Positions 29,196-38,645 of a stretch of 64,000 nt of DNA are shown piece by piece (positions within the stretch are counted from its first letter, which is position 1; each line of letters begins with the position of its first letter). The translations under genes and the position numbers were made by a program. The stretch is from Novosphingobium sp. (GTDB lineage: Bacteria > Pseudomonadota > Alphaproteobacteria > Sphingomonadales > Sphingomonadaceae). The stretch spans positions 4,031 to 68,030 of the forward strand of contig JAIVIY010000001.1 of NCBI GenBank assembly GCA_020200285.1, written 5' to 3'. The notes beneath the pieces were generated by a model. That model was given only the letters and a program-made list of their open reading frames with translations. It searched no databases and was not told the origin of the DNA.

Positions 29196-29943
29196 CGCCT
29201 GGCTTTGCCCGCCGCCCGATCCGGCGCGGGTCGGCTGGCTGGCGAGCACGACTTACGCGCATCGCGGCCTCCACGGCGGCGGGCTCATCGAGAACTCGCC
29301 GAGCGCCTTCGCCGCGGCGAATGCGCGCGGGCTGGGGATCGAGTGCGACGTCCAGCGCAGCCGCGACGGCCAGGCGATGGTCTTCCACGACTGGGAGCTC
29401 GACCGCCTGACCGGCGCGAGCGGCGCGGTCAGGGAGCGCGATGCGGCCGAGCTTGGCGGGATCGCGCTGAGCGGCAGCGGCGACACGATTTCGACCCTGC
29501 CCGAACTGCTGGCCCAGGTCGCGGGCCGGGTCCCGCTGCTGATCGAGATCAAGTCGAAGCGCGAGGTCCGCTTCGGGCCGCTGTGCCTGGCGGTGCGGCG
29601 CGCGGTCGAAGGCTATCGCGGCAAGTGCGCGGTGATGAGCTTCGATCCGCGCGTGGTCCGCTGGTTCCGCGAGCACGCTCCGCACCTGGTCCGCGGGCTG
29701 GTGGTGACCGAAGAGGGCCATCGCACGCTGTCGGGCCGCTATCGCCGTCATCTCTCGCTGTGGCGCGGCAAGCCCGAGTTCCTCGCCTACGACGTCCGCG
29801 ACCTGCCCTCCGGGTTCGCCACAGCGCAACGCAAGCGCGGGCTGCCGCTGCTGACCTGGACCGTGCGCAGCGAGGAGCTGGCCGAGCGCGCCCGGCTTCA
29901 TGCCGAAGCGGCGATCGCGGAAGGCGCGGGGCTATCCAGTTGA
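29167..29943 (+). CDS. Glycerophosphodiester phosphodiesterase family protein
   Basis: YAHRGLH, ENSPSAF, IECDVQ.S.DG..MVFHD, LLIEIK, TWTVR. Confidence 0.9.
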   Translation: MRLSPFAPIDAWLCPPPDPARVGWLASTTYAHRGLHGGGLIENSPSAFAAANARGLGIECDVQRSRDGQAMVFHDWELDRLTGASGAVRERDAAELGGIALSGSGDTISTLPELLAQVAGRVPLLIEIKSKREVRFGPLCLAVRRAVEGYRGKCAVMSFDPRVVRWFREHAPHLVRGLVVTEEGHRTLSGRYRRHLSLWRGKPEFLAYDVRDLPSGFATAQRKRGLPLLTWTVRSEELAERARLHAEAAIAEGAGLSS

Positions 29944-29951
29944 AACCAAAC

Positions 29952-30040
29952 CCGTTCGTGCTGAGCTTGTCGAAGCACCGTCTTTCACTTGTGCAATGGC
30001 CCGAAGAAGTGCGGTCCTTCGACAGGCTCAGGACGAACGG
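29952..30040. repeat. Palindromic repeat family A, copy 4
   Basis: CCGTTCGTGCTGAGCTTGTCGAAG...CTTCGACAGGCTCAGGACGAACGG. Confidence 0.85.
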
Positions 30041-30058
30041 TGGAGGGGTTGGCGGGTA

Positions 30059-31192
30059 ATGCCTGAGCCTGTCACTGCGCGGGTCGCCGGCGCCGTATCG
30101 GATCTTCCTGCCGCACAATGGGACGCGCTGAGCGGCGGCGGCAATCCGTTCATGCGTCACGCGTTCCTCGCCGCGCTCGAGCAGTCGGGCAGCGTCGGCG
30201 GGCGCAGCGGCTGGACTCCGGCGCCGTTGACCATCGCGGACGCCGACGGGCGCCTCGTTGCGGCGCTGCCGGCCTATCTCAAGCAGCACAGCCAGGGCGA
30301 GTACGTGTTCGACCACGCCTGGGCGGACGCCTGGAGCCGAGCGGGCGGGCGCTATTACCCCAAGCTGCAGATCGCCGCGCCGTTCACCCCGGCGACCGGT
30401 CCGCGACTGCTGACCCGCGACCCCGCGCTCGGCCTCGCGCTGCTCCGCGCCGCCGAGAAGCTGTGCGAGCTGCACCAATTGTCCTCGGCCCACGCGACGT
30501 TCGTCGAGCCCATGGAGGTCCCGCTGTTCGAAGCCGCCGGCTGGCTGATCCGCAGCGACATCCAGTTCCACTGGCGCAATCGCGGCTACGCCGACTTCGA
30601 GGACTTCCTCGCCCAGCTATCCTCGCGCAAGCGCAAGGCGATCCGCAAGGAACGCGCCGCGGCGCAGGCCGGAGTGCGGATCGAGGCGCTCAGCGGCGAG
30701 GCGATCCGCCCCGAGCACTGGGACGCGTTCTGGGAATTCTACCAGGACACCGGCAGCCGCAAATGGGGGCGGCCCTACCTGACCCGCGCGGCGTTCGACC
30801 GGTTCGGCGCGACGATGGGCGACGACATCGTGCTCGTCCTGGCGTTCGTCGAGGCCACACCGATCGCCGGCGCGCTAAACTTCCTCGGACGCGAGACGCT
30901 CTACGGACGCTACTGGGGCGCTTGCGTCGACAAGCCGTTCCTGCACTTCGAGCTGTGCTATTACCAGGCGATCGAGATCGCGATCGCGCGGGGGTTGGCC
31001 GGGGTCGAGGCCGGGGCGCAGGGCCCGCACAAGTTGTCGCGCGGCTACGAACCGGTGCGGACCTTCTCCGCCCACTGGGTTGCCGATCCCGGGTTCCGCG
31101 CGGCGGTGGCCGATTTCCTCGAGCGCGAGCGCGCCGGGGTCGATGCCGAGCAGGCGTTTCTGGGAGAGCGCGCGCCGTTTCGGAAGAACTAA
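30059..31192 (+). CDS. FemAB-like GNAT protein (DUF482/COG3146)
   Basis: HSQGEYVFDHAWA, YYPKL..AAPFTPATG, LYGRYWG, LHFELCYYQAI, EAGAQG.HKL.RGY.P. Confidence 0.92.
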   Translation: MPEPVTARVAGAVSDLPAAQWDALSGGGNPFMRHAFLAALEQSGSVGGRSGWTPAPLTIADADGRLVAALPAYLKQHSQGEYVFDHAWADAWSRAGGRYYPKLQIAAPFTPATGPRLLTRDPALGLALLRAAEKLCELHQLSSAHATFVEPMEVPLFEAAGWLIRSDIQFHWRNRGYADFEDFLAQLSSRKRKAIRKERAAAQAGVRIEALSGEAIRPEHWDAFWEFYQDTGSRKWGRPYLTRAAFDRFGATMGDDIVLVLAFVEATPIAGALNFLGRETLYGRYWGACVDKPFLHFELCYYQAIEIAIARGLAGVEAGAQGPHKLSRGYEPVRTFSAHWVADPGFRAAVADFLERERAGVDAEQAFLGERAPFRKN

Positions 31193-31193
31193 G

Positions 31194-31538
31194 TCAAGCC
31201 GCCTTGCGCGATCCCGCCGCGAGCCATTCGCGGGCGCGGCGCTGGGCTTCGGCGATCTCGCGCGCGGTCATCTCGTCGGCGATGTCGGCGCGGCACCAGG
31301 CGCTTTCCTCGTGGCCCGCGACCGCGGCGAGGTTGAACCACTTGTGCGCCTCGATCAGGTCGCACTGCACCCCGTGGCTGCCGGTCGAATAGGCGACGCC
31401 GAGGTCGTAATAAGCGGCGATGTCGCCTTGCGCGGCCGCCGCGAGGCAGGCTGCGACCAGCAGGCCGGCGTTTGATTCCCCGGAAATCTCGATCGGCTGC
31501 TGGTTGATCGCAGCGATCCGCACGGTCCCCTGTTCCAT
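31194..31538 (-). CDS. Sel1-like repeat protein
   Basis: A.YDLGVAYSTG..GV..DLIEAHKWFNLAA, EMT.REIAEAQRRAREWL; GGAGA RBS. Confidence 0.85.
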   Translation of the reverse strand: MEQGTVRIAAINQQPIEISGESNAGLLVAACLAAAAQGDIAAYYDLGVAYSTGSHGVQCDLIEAHKWFNLAAVAGHEESAWCRADIADEMTAREIAEAQRRAREWLAAGSRKAA

Positions 31539-31603
31539 ATCTCCCAATCCCCCGATTGCCGGACATCCCCCGTCCGGTGTTCCCGCACCCTCACCAAACA
31601 GGG

Positions 31604-31618
31604 TCAACAAAGGGTTAA
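31604..31618 (-). promoter_or_regulatory. Putative CtrA box upstream of the Sel1 gene
   Basis: Minus strand TTAA-CCCTTTG-TTGA, one mismatch to TTAA-N7-TTAA. Confidence 0.55.
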
Positions 31619-31861
31619 CGGCGCGCCGCCGTCGGGTCCGGCGATGCCCCCGCGGTGTTGCGTTTCGGCGACAGTCAGCGCCGTAACCTCGAGAAAGAAT
31701 CGCGCTCATTCGGCTGGGCTTAAGCTTTTCGGGGGTATCGCGCGGCCTGCCTTGATGGGCGCTTGTGCGCGACTCCAGCCGCAACTATAGGCGCGCACAA
31801 ACAGGGACTTGGCGTAACAGCGCGGGTTCCTGGCCCAGGGGAAGGGGTTTGGAGAGACGGG

Positions 31862-32320
31862 ATGGCGACGGTATTGGCGGACGAGATCGACGTGCTGGCG
31901 AAAGCGCGACGCGCTTTGCCGATGGAGTATGTGCCCAGTGACGGCGAGCCCTACATGGGCGACGCGCAGCTCGATTACTTCCGCCGGCTGCTGCTCGAAT
32001 GGAAGAAATCGATCCTCTCGGCCTCCGCCGGAACGCTCCAGCTGCTGCAGGACGGGCCGATCCGCGAGCCCGACCTCAACGACCGCGCCTCGAGCGAGAC
32101 CGACTGGGGGATCGAGCTCAGGACCCGCGACCGTCAGCGCAAATTGATCGCCAAGATCGACGCGGCGCTGCGCCGGATCGACGAGGGCGATTATGGCTGG
32201 TGCGAAGTGACCGGCGAGCCGATCGGGCTGGGCCGGCTGATCGCCCGGCCGGTCGCGACGATGACGGTCGAGGCGCAGCAGGCGCACGAACGCCGCGAAA
32301 AGATCTCGCGCGACAACTGA
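31862..32320 (+). CDS. dksA: RNA polymerase-binding factor DksA (one-Cys alphaproteobacterial type)
   Basis: EPYM...QL.YFR, PDLNDRASSETD, LRTRDRQRKLI.KI, YGWCEVTGEPI...RL.ARP. Confidence 0.95.
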   Translation: MATVLADEIDVLAKARRALPMEYVPSDGEPYMGDAQLDYFRRLLLEWKKSILSASAGTLQLLQDGPIREPDLNDRASSETDWGIELRTRDRQRKLIAKIDAALRRIDEGDYGWCEVTGEPIGLGRLIARPVATMTVEAQQAHERREKISRDN

Positions 32321-32441
32321 GCGCCGCGGCGAAGGCTGTGCGCCGTGTTAAGCAATTCTTCGGCTTCGTCCGCTAACTCCACCCGCAACGATTGAGCCGC
32401 CCCATGCGGCGGCCGCTGCAAGGGGTTCGCAGGATTTGCCC

Positions 32442-32798
32442 ATGGCCGATCACGACCATCGCCAGCTTTCCCGCGACAGCCTGTTCCTGTTGGCCGAAGT
32501 GCGCGTCGACGGCGAGGATGCCGCGCACAAGGTCAAGGTCCGCAACCTCTCGGCCGGCGGCATGATGGCCGAAGGCGCGCTCAAGGCAGTTCGCGGCAGC
32601 CGGATCGCGGTCAACATCCGCAACATCGGCTGGGTCGACGGGGCGGTCGCCTGGGTCCAGGGCGATCGCTGCGGGATCGCTTTCCAAGAAGATATCGACC
32701 CGATGATCGCTCGCGCGCCGCTGAACGTCGGCGAAGAAACACTGCGCGGCGTCAGGCCCCCATTGATCATCGATAAACGCCGCATCCGCGGGCGTTGA
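32442..32798 (+). CDS. PilZ domain protein
   Basis: RxxxR (RQLSR) and NLSAGG motifs, G.V.W...RCGIAF. Confidence 0.88.
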   Translation: MADHDHRQLSRDSLFLLAEVRVDGEDAAHKVKVRNLSAGGMMAEGALKAVRGSRIAVNIRNIGWVDGAVAWVQGDRCGIAFQEDIDPMIARAPLNVGEETLRGVRPPLIIDKRRIRGR

Positions 32799-32873
32799 TC
32801 GGGCCGGCTTTTCCACGCTCGGTGACGCGCCAACGCGCTGTCCTGCGAGCGCATCCCTGCTACAAGCTCGCCG

Positions 32874-34340
32874 ATGCGCGGCGCTGTCCTCTCGCTAGCT
32901 CTGCTTGCAGCGCTGCTCGCGGCTTGCGGCCGGCGCGACGACGGCCCGGTCAGGGTCTCGGTGATCGGCGCCGGCGAGGCTTTCGCGGAGGCGCGCGGGG
33001 TCCGTCTCGGCGCGGCCGCGCAGTTGCTCCGCGCGGCGACGACCGAGGGCCTGGTCGGGTTCGACGCCGAAGGCCGGGTGGTTCCCGCGCTGGCCGACCG
33101 CTGGATCGTCACCGAAGGCGGGCAGAGCTACATCTTCCGCCTGCGCAACGGCGAATGGCCCGACGGCAGCGCAATCACCGGCGAAGACACCGTCAAGGCG
33201 CTGCGGCGGACCATCGCCTCGTTGCGGGGCACCGCGCTGGCCCGCGATCTCGCCGCGATCGACGAGGTTCGGGCGATGGCCGGCCGCGTCGTCGAAATCC
33301 GCCTCGAGGTTCCCGTGCCCGATTTCCTCGACTTGCTCGCCCAGCCCGAGCTGGGGCTGACCTGGAAAGGCGAGGGCGCCGGGCCGATGACGTTCGACCG
33401 GCTCGACGAGGTCGCGGTGCTCGAGCCGATTCCGCCCGAAGCGCGCGGGTTGCCGGCCGAGGAAGGCTGGAGCGAGCGACTGCGGCCGCTGCGGGTGCGC
33501 TTCGAGCCCGCCGCCGCCGCGGTCGCGCGGTTCGACGAGGGCTACGCCGACATCGTGCTGGGCGGCACTGCCGACACGCTGCCGCTGGTACGCACTTTCG
33601 GGCTGTCGCGCGGCAATCTCCGCCTCGATCCGGTGATCGGCCTGTTCGGGCTGGTGGTGACGACTCGCGGCGGGTTTCTCGGCGATCCCGCCAACCGCGA
33701 GGCAGTGGCGATGGCGATCGACCGCGAGGCGCTGGTGGCCGAGTTCAACCTCGGCGGCTGGCAGCCGACCACGCGGATCGTCTCGCCCGAGGTAAGCGAC
33801 GACCTCGGCACCGTCGGCGAGCGCTGGGAGGGGATCGAGATCGCCGAGCGCCAGCGCGCCGCCGCCTCGCGCGTCGCGCGCTGGGCGTTCGGCCGTGACC
33901 AGCCCCTGCGCCTGCGCATCGCCCTGCCCCAGACCCCCGGGGCGACGATCATCTTCGATCGCTTGCGCCAGGATTTCGCCGCGATCGGCGTGACCGCGGT
34001 GCGCGCGGAGGAGGGGAAGCCCGCCGATTTGCGGCTGCTCGACGCGGTCGCGCGCTACGGCCGCGCCGCCTGGTTCCTCAACCAGTTGAGTTGCGCCGCC
34101 GGTCGCGCGGTGTGCAGCCCCGAAGGCGACGCCGCGGCCGAGGCCGCGCTGACCGCGCCCGACCAGGCGACCCGCGAGGGCCTGCTGGCCGAGGCCGAGG
34201 CCGAGATCACCGCCGCCAACGGCTTCATCCCGTTCGCCCGGCCATTGCGCTGGTCGCTGGTCCGCGGCGACATCACCGGCTTCGCCACAAACCCGTGGGG
34301 CCTGCATCCCTTGCTCCCGCTCGCGCTGGCCCCCAGATAG
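32874..34340 (+). CDS. ABC-type family 5 (peptide/nickel) substrate-binding lipoprotein
   Basis: Lipobox LAAC, EGLVGFDAEG.VVPALADRW.V..GG.SYIFRLR...WPDG. Confidence 0.85.
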   Translation: MRGAVLSLALLAALLAACGRRDDGPVRVSVIGAGEAFAEARGVRLGAAAQLLRAATTEGLVGFDAEGRVVPALADRWIVTEGGQSYIFRLRNGEWPDGSAITGEDTVKALRRTIASLRGTALARDLAAIDEVRAMAGRVVEIRLEVPVPDFLDLLAQPELGLTWKGEGAGPMTFDRLDEVAVLEPIPPEARGLPAEEGWSERLRPLRVRFEPAAAAVARFDEGYADIVLGGTADTLPLVRTFGLSRGNLRLDPVIGLFGLVVTTRGGFLGDPANREAVAMAIDREALVAEFNLGGWQPTTRIVSPEVSDDLGTVGERWEGIEIAERQRAAASRVARWAFGRDQPLRLRIALPQTPGATIIFDRLRQDFAAIGVTAVRAEEGKPADLRLLDAVARYGRAAWFLNQLSCAAGRAVCSPEGDAAAEAALTAPDQATREGLLAEAEAEITAANGFIPFARPLRWSLVRGDITGFATNPWGLHPLLPLALAPR

Positions 34341-34346
34341 GGCTCG

Positions 34347-34778
34347 ATGGAACCCGAATCCCCGCCCGCCGCCAAGCCCCGGCCGATGGGCTTCGAGATG
34401 CCCGGCCTCGGCCGCGACGCCGCCGCGGTCCGCCAGCGCCTCGAAGCGGTCGAGAAGCTGCTCGAGCGCAGCCTGACCGTGCCCGGAACCCGCATCCCGG
34501 TCGGGCTCGACGCCATCGCCGGGCTGATCCCGGTGGTCGGCGACCTGATCACCGCGGCGATGGGCGCGTGGCTGGTGTGGGAGGCGAGGAACCTCGGGTT
34601 GCCCAAGTGGCAATTGTGGCGGATGGCGGCCAATATCGGGGTCGATACCGCGCTCGGCGCGGTCCCGGTGGTCGGCGACGTGTTCGACTTCGCGTTCCGC
34701 TCGAACAGCCGCAACTTGCGCATCGTCAAGCGCCACCTCGACAAGCACCACCCGGCGACGCGCGTGATCGAGGGTTGA
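34347..34778 (+). CDS. DUF4112 membrane protein
   Basis: VPGTRIPVGLDAIAGLIPVVGD, RM.ANIGVD..LG.VPVVGD.FD..FRSN.RN. Confidence 0.9.
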   Translation: MEPESPPAAKPRPMGFEMPGLGRDAAAVRQRLEAVEKLLERSLTVPGTRIPVGLDAIAGLIPVVGDLITAAMGAWLVWEARNLGLPKWQLWRMAANIGVDTALGAVPVVGDVFDFAFRSNSRNLRIVKRHLDKHHPATRVIEG

Positions 34779-34780
34779 GT

Positions 34781-34907
34781 TTCCCCTCCCGGCTGCGGGA
34801 GGGGCAGCGAGACTTGGCGGCGGAGCCACTTAGTCGCAGCGGGGTGGGCCTGACGGCCCAGCGCTTCGCGCGCCCACCCCTAACCCCTCCCGCAAGCGGG
34901 AGGGGAA
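34781..34907. repeat. Palindromic repeat family C (CCCCTCCCG-N4-CGGGAGGGG doublet)
   Basis: Two hairpins, CCCCTCCCGGCTGCGGGAGGGG and CCCCTCCCGCAAGCGGGAGGGG, flanking internal GGGGTGGGC/GCCCACCCC complementarity. Confidence 0.8.
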
Positions 34908-35066
34908 TCAGAAGTCGACCGCGATGCCCTTGTGCACCCAGTCGCCGTAGCGCGTCGGGTCGAGCGGATCGGACGACGGCTCGGGCGCGCGGGGCTCGGG
35001 GACCGGGGCGTTGGTCCAGTGCGCGGGCTTCCTGAACTCGGCCGGGCGGCGGGTGGCGCGTTGCAT
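34908..35066 (-). CDS. DUF1674 protein (succinate dehydrogenase assembly factor 4-like)
   Basis: C-terminal PTRYGDW..KG...DF signature. Confidence 0.88.
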   Translation of the reverse strand: MQRATRRPAEFRKPAHWTNAPVPEPRAPEPSSDPLDPTRYGDWVHKGIAVDF

Positions 35067-35137
35067 CGGCGCCTTGTGCGCGCGCTCGAAGCGGCGCGCA
35101 ATTGCAAAGCCCGCAGGCGGCCGATAGCGCCGCGCAA

Positions 35138-36391
35138 GTGAGCCCGCCTCCCGAACCCGCCGGCCTGCCCGCGCGCCGCGCCGCGCTGCGCTTGCTCGAC
35201 GCCGTGCTGCGCCGCGGCGAGACGCTCGAGCAGGCGAGCGGGGCGATGCGCGGGTTGGCGGGCGAAGACCGTGCGCTGGCGCTGGCGGTCGCCAGCGAGG
35301 CGTTGCGTTGGCTGACCGACCTCGACACGCTGATCGATTCGGCGACACGCCAGCCGCTGCCCGCCGACGCCAAGCCGCGCGCCGTGCTGCGGCTGATGCT
35401 CGCCCAGGCGCTGCGCCTCGGCACCCCGCCGCACGCGGTAATCGCGACCGCGCTGCCGCTGCTCGCCGGCGGGCCGCGGCGGCTGGCGCACGGGGTGTTC
35501 TCGGCGCTGCTCAAGCGCGGCGCCGTGTTGCCCGCAGCGCCGAGCCTGCCGCCCGCCGTCGCCGAGCGGTGGGAATGCGCCTGGCCGGGCCGATCCGGGC
35601 CGATCGCCGCGGCGCTGGCCGAGCCGCCGCCGCTCGACCTGACGCTGCGCGATTCCGCGCAAACGGCGGAGTGGGCCGAGCGGCTGGGCGGGATGTGGCT
35701 GTTGCCCGGCCACGTCCGAATTCCGCGCGGGCGCGCGGTCGAGACGCTGCCCGGCTTCGCCGACGGCGCGTGGTGGGTGCAGGATCTTGCCGCGAGCCTG
35801 CCGGCGCGGCTGCTCGGGCCGGGCAAGGGGCGACGAGCGCTCGACCTCTGCGCGGCACCGGGAGGCAAGACGCTCCAGCTCGCCGTTGCGGGCTGGCGCG
35901 TCACCTCGCTCGACAAGTCGGCACGGCGGCTTGAAATGCTGCGCAGCAATTTGCGGCGCACCGGGCTCGACGCCGAGGTGATCGAGGCCGACGGGTTGAC
36001 GTGGGAGAGCCCCGACGAGTTCGATGCGATCCTGCTCGACGCGCCGTGCACCGCGACCGGAACCTGCCGCCGCCACCCCGATGTGCTGCACCGGATTGCT
36101 GCGCGGCAAATCGTCGAGATGGCCGAGCTTCAGGCCGCGATGCTCAAGCGCGCGGCAAGCCTGCTCGCGCCCGGCGGGAGGCTGGTCTATGCGACCTGCT
36201 CGCTCGAGCCCGAGGAGGGCGAGGTGCTGGCCGCGCGCATTTCGCTGTCCGGCGTTCCGATCCGGGCCGACGAGCTTCCCGCCGGCATCCTTCCGACCGC
36301 GGAAGGCTGGCTGCGCACCGATCCCGGCATGCTCGCCGAGCACGGCGGCCTCGACGGATTCTTCATCGCGCGGTTCATTAACGAGGCGTAA
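35138..36391 (+). CDS. rsmB: RsmB/NOP family RNA (C5-cytosine) methyltransferase
   Basis: NusB-like N-terminus, WWVQD.AASLP, LDLCAAPGGKT, LLDAPCTATGT.RRHPD, VYATCSL, DGFF. Confidence 0.9.
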   Translation: MSPPPEPAGLPARRAALRLLDAVLRRGETLEQASGAMRGLAGEDRALALAVASEALRWLTDLDTLIDSATRQPLPADAKPRAVLRLMLAQALRLGTPPHAVIATALPLLAGGPRRLAHGVFSALLKRGAVLPAAPSLPPAVAERWECAWPGRSGPIAAALAEPPPLDLTLRDSAQTAEWAERLGGMWLLPGHVRIPRGRAVETLPGFADGAWWVQDLAASLPARLLGPGKGRRALDLCAAPGGKTLQLAVAGWRVTSLDKSARRLEMLRSNLRRTGLDAEVIEADGLTWESPDEFDAILLDAPCTATGTCRRHPDVLHRIAARQIVEMAELQAAMLKRAASLLAPGGRLVYATCSLEPEEGEVLAARISLSGVPIRADELPAGILPTAEGWLRTDPGMLAEHGGLDGFFIARFINEA

Positions 36392-36417
36392 AAATAGGCG
36401 GTTAAGGACCGCTTACC

Positions 36418-36948
36418 TCAAGCCGGCTTGACCTTCGCCGCGAAGCTCTTGCGCAGCTTCATCAGCTTGGGCGGGATCGTCGCCAGGCAATAGGGATTGC
36501 GCTGCCCCTCGCCCTCCCAGTACTCCTGGTGATAACCTTCGGCCGGATACCACGTCGCCGGTCCCTCGATCGTCGTCACCACCTTGCCGCCGCGCTCCTC
36601 GTTGGCGCGCGCGATTGCCGCTTCGGCTTCTTCATGTTGATCCTCATCGAGCGGAAAGATCGCCGAGCGGTATTGCGTGCCGATGTCGTTGCCCTGGCGG
36701 TTCAACTGGGTAGGGTCGTGCGTGCCCATGAACACGTCGAGCAGCTGGGCGTAGTCGATGATCGCGGGGTCATAGGTCACCCGGATCGCCTCGGCGTGGC
36801 CGGTGGTCCCCGAGCACACCTGCTTGTAGCTGGGGTCGGCGACGGTGCCGCCGATGTAGCCGCTCTCGACCTCGCTCACCCCGATCACGTCGCGGAACAC
36901 CGCCTCGGTGCACCAGAAGCACCCGCCCGCGAAAATCGCCGTTTCCAT
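36418..36948 (-). CDS. msrA: Peptide-methionine (S)-S-oxide reductase
   Basis: FAGGCFWCTE, GTTGHAE, HDPTQLNRQGND.GTQYRS, AE.YHQ.Y. Confidence 0.97.
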   Translation of the reverse strand: METAIFAGGCFWCTEAVFRDVIGVSEVESGYIGGTVADPSYKQVCSGTTGHAEAIRVTYDPAIIDYAQLLDVFMGTHDPTQLNRQGNDIGTQYRSAIFPLDEDQHEEAEAAIARANEERGGKVVTTIEGPATWYPAEGYHQEYWEGEGQRNPYCLATIPPKLMKLRKSFAAKVKPA

Positions 36949-37045
36949 GCCGTTCTCCTTCGCCGAGCGAGATAGGGCGCGCCGCGCGGCTTGTCATCGC
37001 CGGGCCGCGGGCTAAGTTGCCGCATCCTTTCTACCCGGAGACCCT

Positions 37046-37900
37046 ATGATGCGCCGCCTGAGCCTGCTTGCCCTGTCCGCCGTTCTCCTCGCCGCGCCCG
37101 CCGCCGCCGACCATCACGCCGAAGCCGGCAAGGCGGCGATGACCCCGGCGAGAATCAGCCCCGCGCTCGCCGCCGCGGTCGCCGATCCGCGCCGCGACGA
37201 GGATCGCGCCCGCGACGTCTGGCGCAAGCCGGCCGAGACGCTGAGCTTCTTCCAGGTCGGACCGGAGATGAAGGTCGGCGAGTATGCGCCCGGCGGCGGC
37301 TGGTACTCGCGGCTGCTCGGGCTCTATCTCGGGCCCAAAGGCAAGCTCGTCGGGCTCTATTTCGACCCCACCTCCGGAGCGTTCAGCGAGCAGTCGCAGA
37401 AAGGCATCCGCGACGGCGCGGCCAAGTACCCGGCCGATGTCGCGGGCTGGTCGGGCCTGCCCGCCGAACGCTTCTCGGCGATGACGCTCGAGTCGATACC
37501 CGACGCCGAGAAGGGCACCTTCGACCGGATCATCGTCGCGCGGATGATGCACAACCTGATGCGCTGGAACATCGCCGACCGCGAGATCAAGGCGATGCGC
37601 AGCTTGCTCAAGGACAGCGGCCTGATCGGCATCGAGCAGCACCGCGCCAAGGCCGACGCGCCGTTTTCCTACGCCGACGGCAGCAAGGGCTACTTGCGCG
37701 AGGCCGACGTGATCAAGTTCATGGAGGTCAACGGCTTCGACTACGTCGGCAAGAGCGAGGCCAACGCCAACCCCAGGGACACCGCGAACCATCCCGAAGG
37801 CGTATGGGAGCTGCCCCCTAGCTGGCGGACCAAGCGCGAGGAGCTCAAAGGCATCGGAGAATCCGACCGGATGACACTGCTGTTCCGCAAGCGCGCGTGA
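37046..37900 (+). CDS. Exported class I SAM-dependent methyltransferase-like protein (COG4798-like), second paralog
   Basis: Signal peptide, RD.WRKPAETL.FF, EYAPGGGWYS, NANPRDT..HP.GVW.LPP, IGESDRMTL.F.K. Confidence 0.85.
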   Translation: MMRRLSLLALSAVLLAAPAAADHHAEAGKAAMTPARISPALAAAVADPRRDEDRARDVWRKPAETLSFFQVGPEMKVGEYAPGGGWYSRLLGLYLGPKGKLVGLYFDPTSGAFSEQSQKGIRDGAAKYPADVAGWSGLPAERFSAMTLESIPDAEKGTFDRIIVARMMHNLMRWNIADREIKAMRSLLKDSGLIGIEQHRAKADAPFSYADGSKGYLREADVIKFMEVNGFDYVGKSEANANPRDTANHPEGVWELPPSWRTKREELKGIGESDRMTLLFRKRA

Positions 37901-38634
37901 AGCGCGTTGCCGCCCTTCTCGCGCTGATGCTGGCCGCGTGCGGCGAGCGCGAGCCCAATCCGCGCGGGGTCGATCACGATGAGACGCTGCTCTCGCTCTC
38001 GGCCACCGGCGAGGCCGAGGCCGTGCCCGACGAGGCTTTCATCGAACTCGGGGTCAACTCCTACGCCGCCAGCGCGCGCGCCGCGCAAGCCGCCAACACC
38101 GACAAGATCGAAGCGATCGTCGAGGCGCTCGCCGATCTGGGGGTCGCTGCCAAGGACACCCAGACGCGCAACCTGTCGCTGCAGAAGATCGAGTACGGCG
38201 CCAACAAGGGTCGCTACCAGGCGAGCAACATCCTGCGCGTGCGGCTGCGCGACGCGCCGCGCGCGGGCGAGGCGGTGACCCGCGCGACCGAGGCCGGGGC
38301 CAACGTGCTTGGCGGGCCGACGCTGCGCATCGCCGATCCCGAGAAAGCCAACCGCGGCGCCTACATCGCCGCCTACCGCGCCGCGCGGACCCGCGCCGAG
38401 GCTTATGCCGAGGCGGCGGGCATGGAGATTTCGCGGGTGCTGGCGATCCGAGATGGCGGCCAGTTCGGCGGCGGCTATCCTCCGCCCTATCCAATGCCCG
38501 AGCAGGCGATGGATGCGGCAGCACGGACCGCAGCGCCGGTGCCGGTCGCGCCTCCGCCACCGCCCTCGATCCGTCCGGGGACGACGCTGACCCGGGTCTC
38601 GGTCCAGGTGGACTTCGCGCTCGAGCCGAAATAA
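37897..38634 (+). CDS. SIMPL domain (DUF541) lipoprotein
   Basis: Lipobox LAAC, ATGEAEAVPD.A, ARTRAEAYAEAAGM, V.V.VDF.L. Confidence 0.88.
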   Translation: MKRVAALLALMLAACGEREPNPRGVDHDETLLSLSATGEAEAVPDEAFIELGVNSYAASARAAQAANTDKIEAIVEALADLGVAAKDTQTRNLSLQKIEYGANKGRYQASNILRVRLRDAPRAGEAVTRATEAGANVLGGPTLRIADPEKANRGAYIAAYRAARTRAEAYAEAAGMEISRVLAIRDGGQFGGGYPPPYPMPEQAMDAAARTAAPVPVAPPPPPSIRPGTTLTRVSVQVDFALEPK

Positions 38635-38645
38635 CCGCGCCAGCC

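Noticed and set aside
31862-32320. DksA lacking a four-cysteine zinc finger
   Set aside because: This is the normal state of many alphaproteobacterial DksA proteins.
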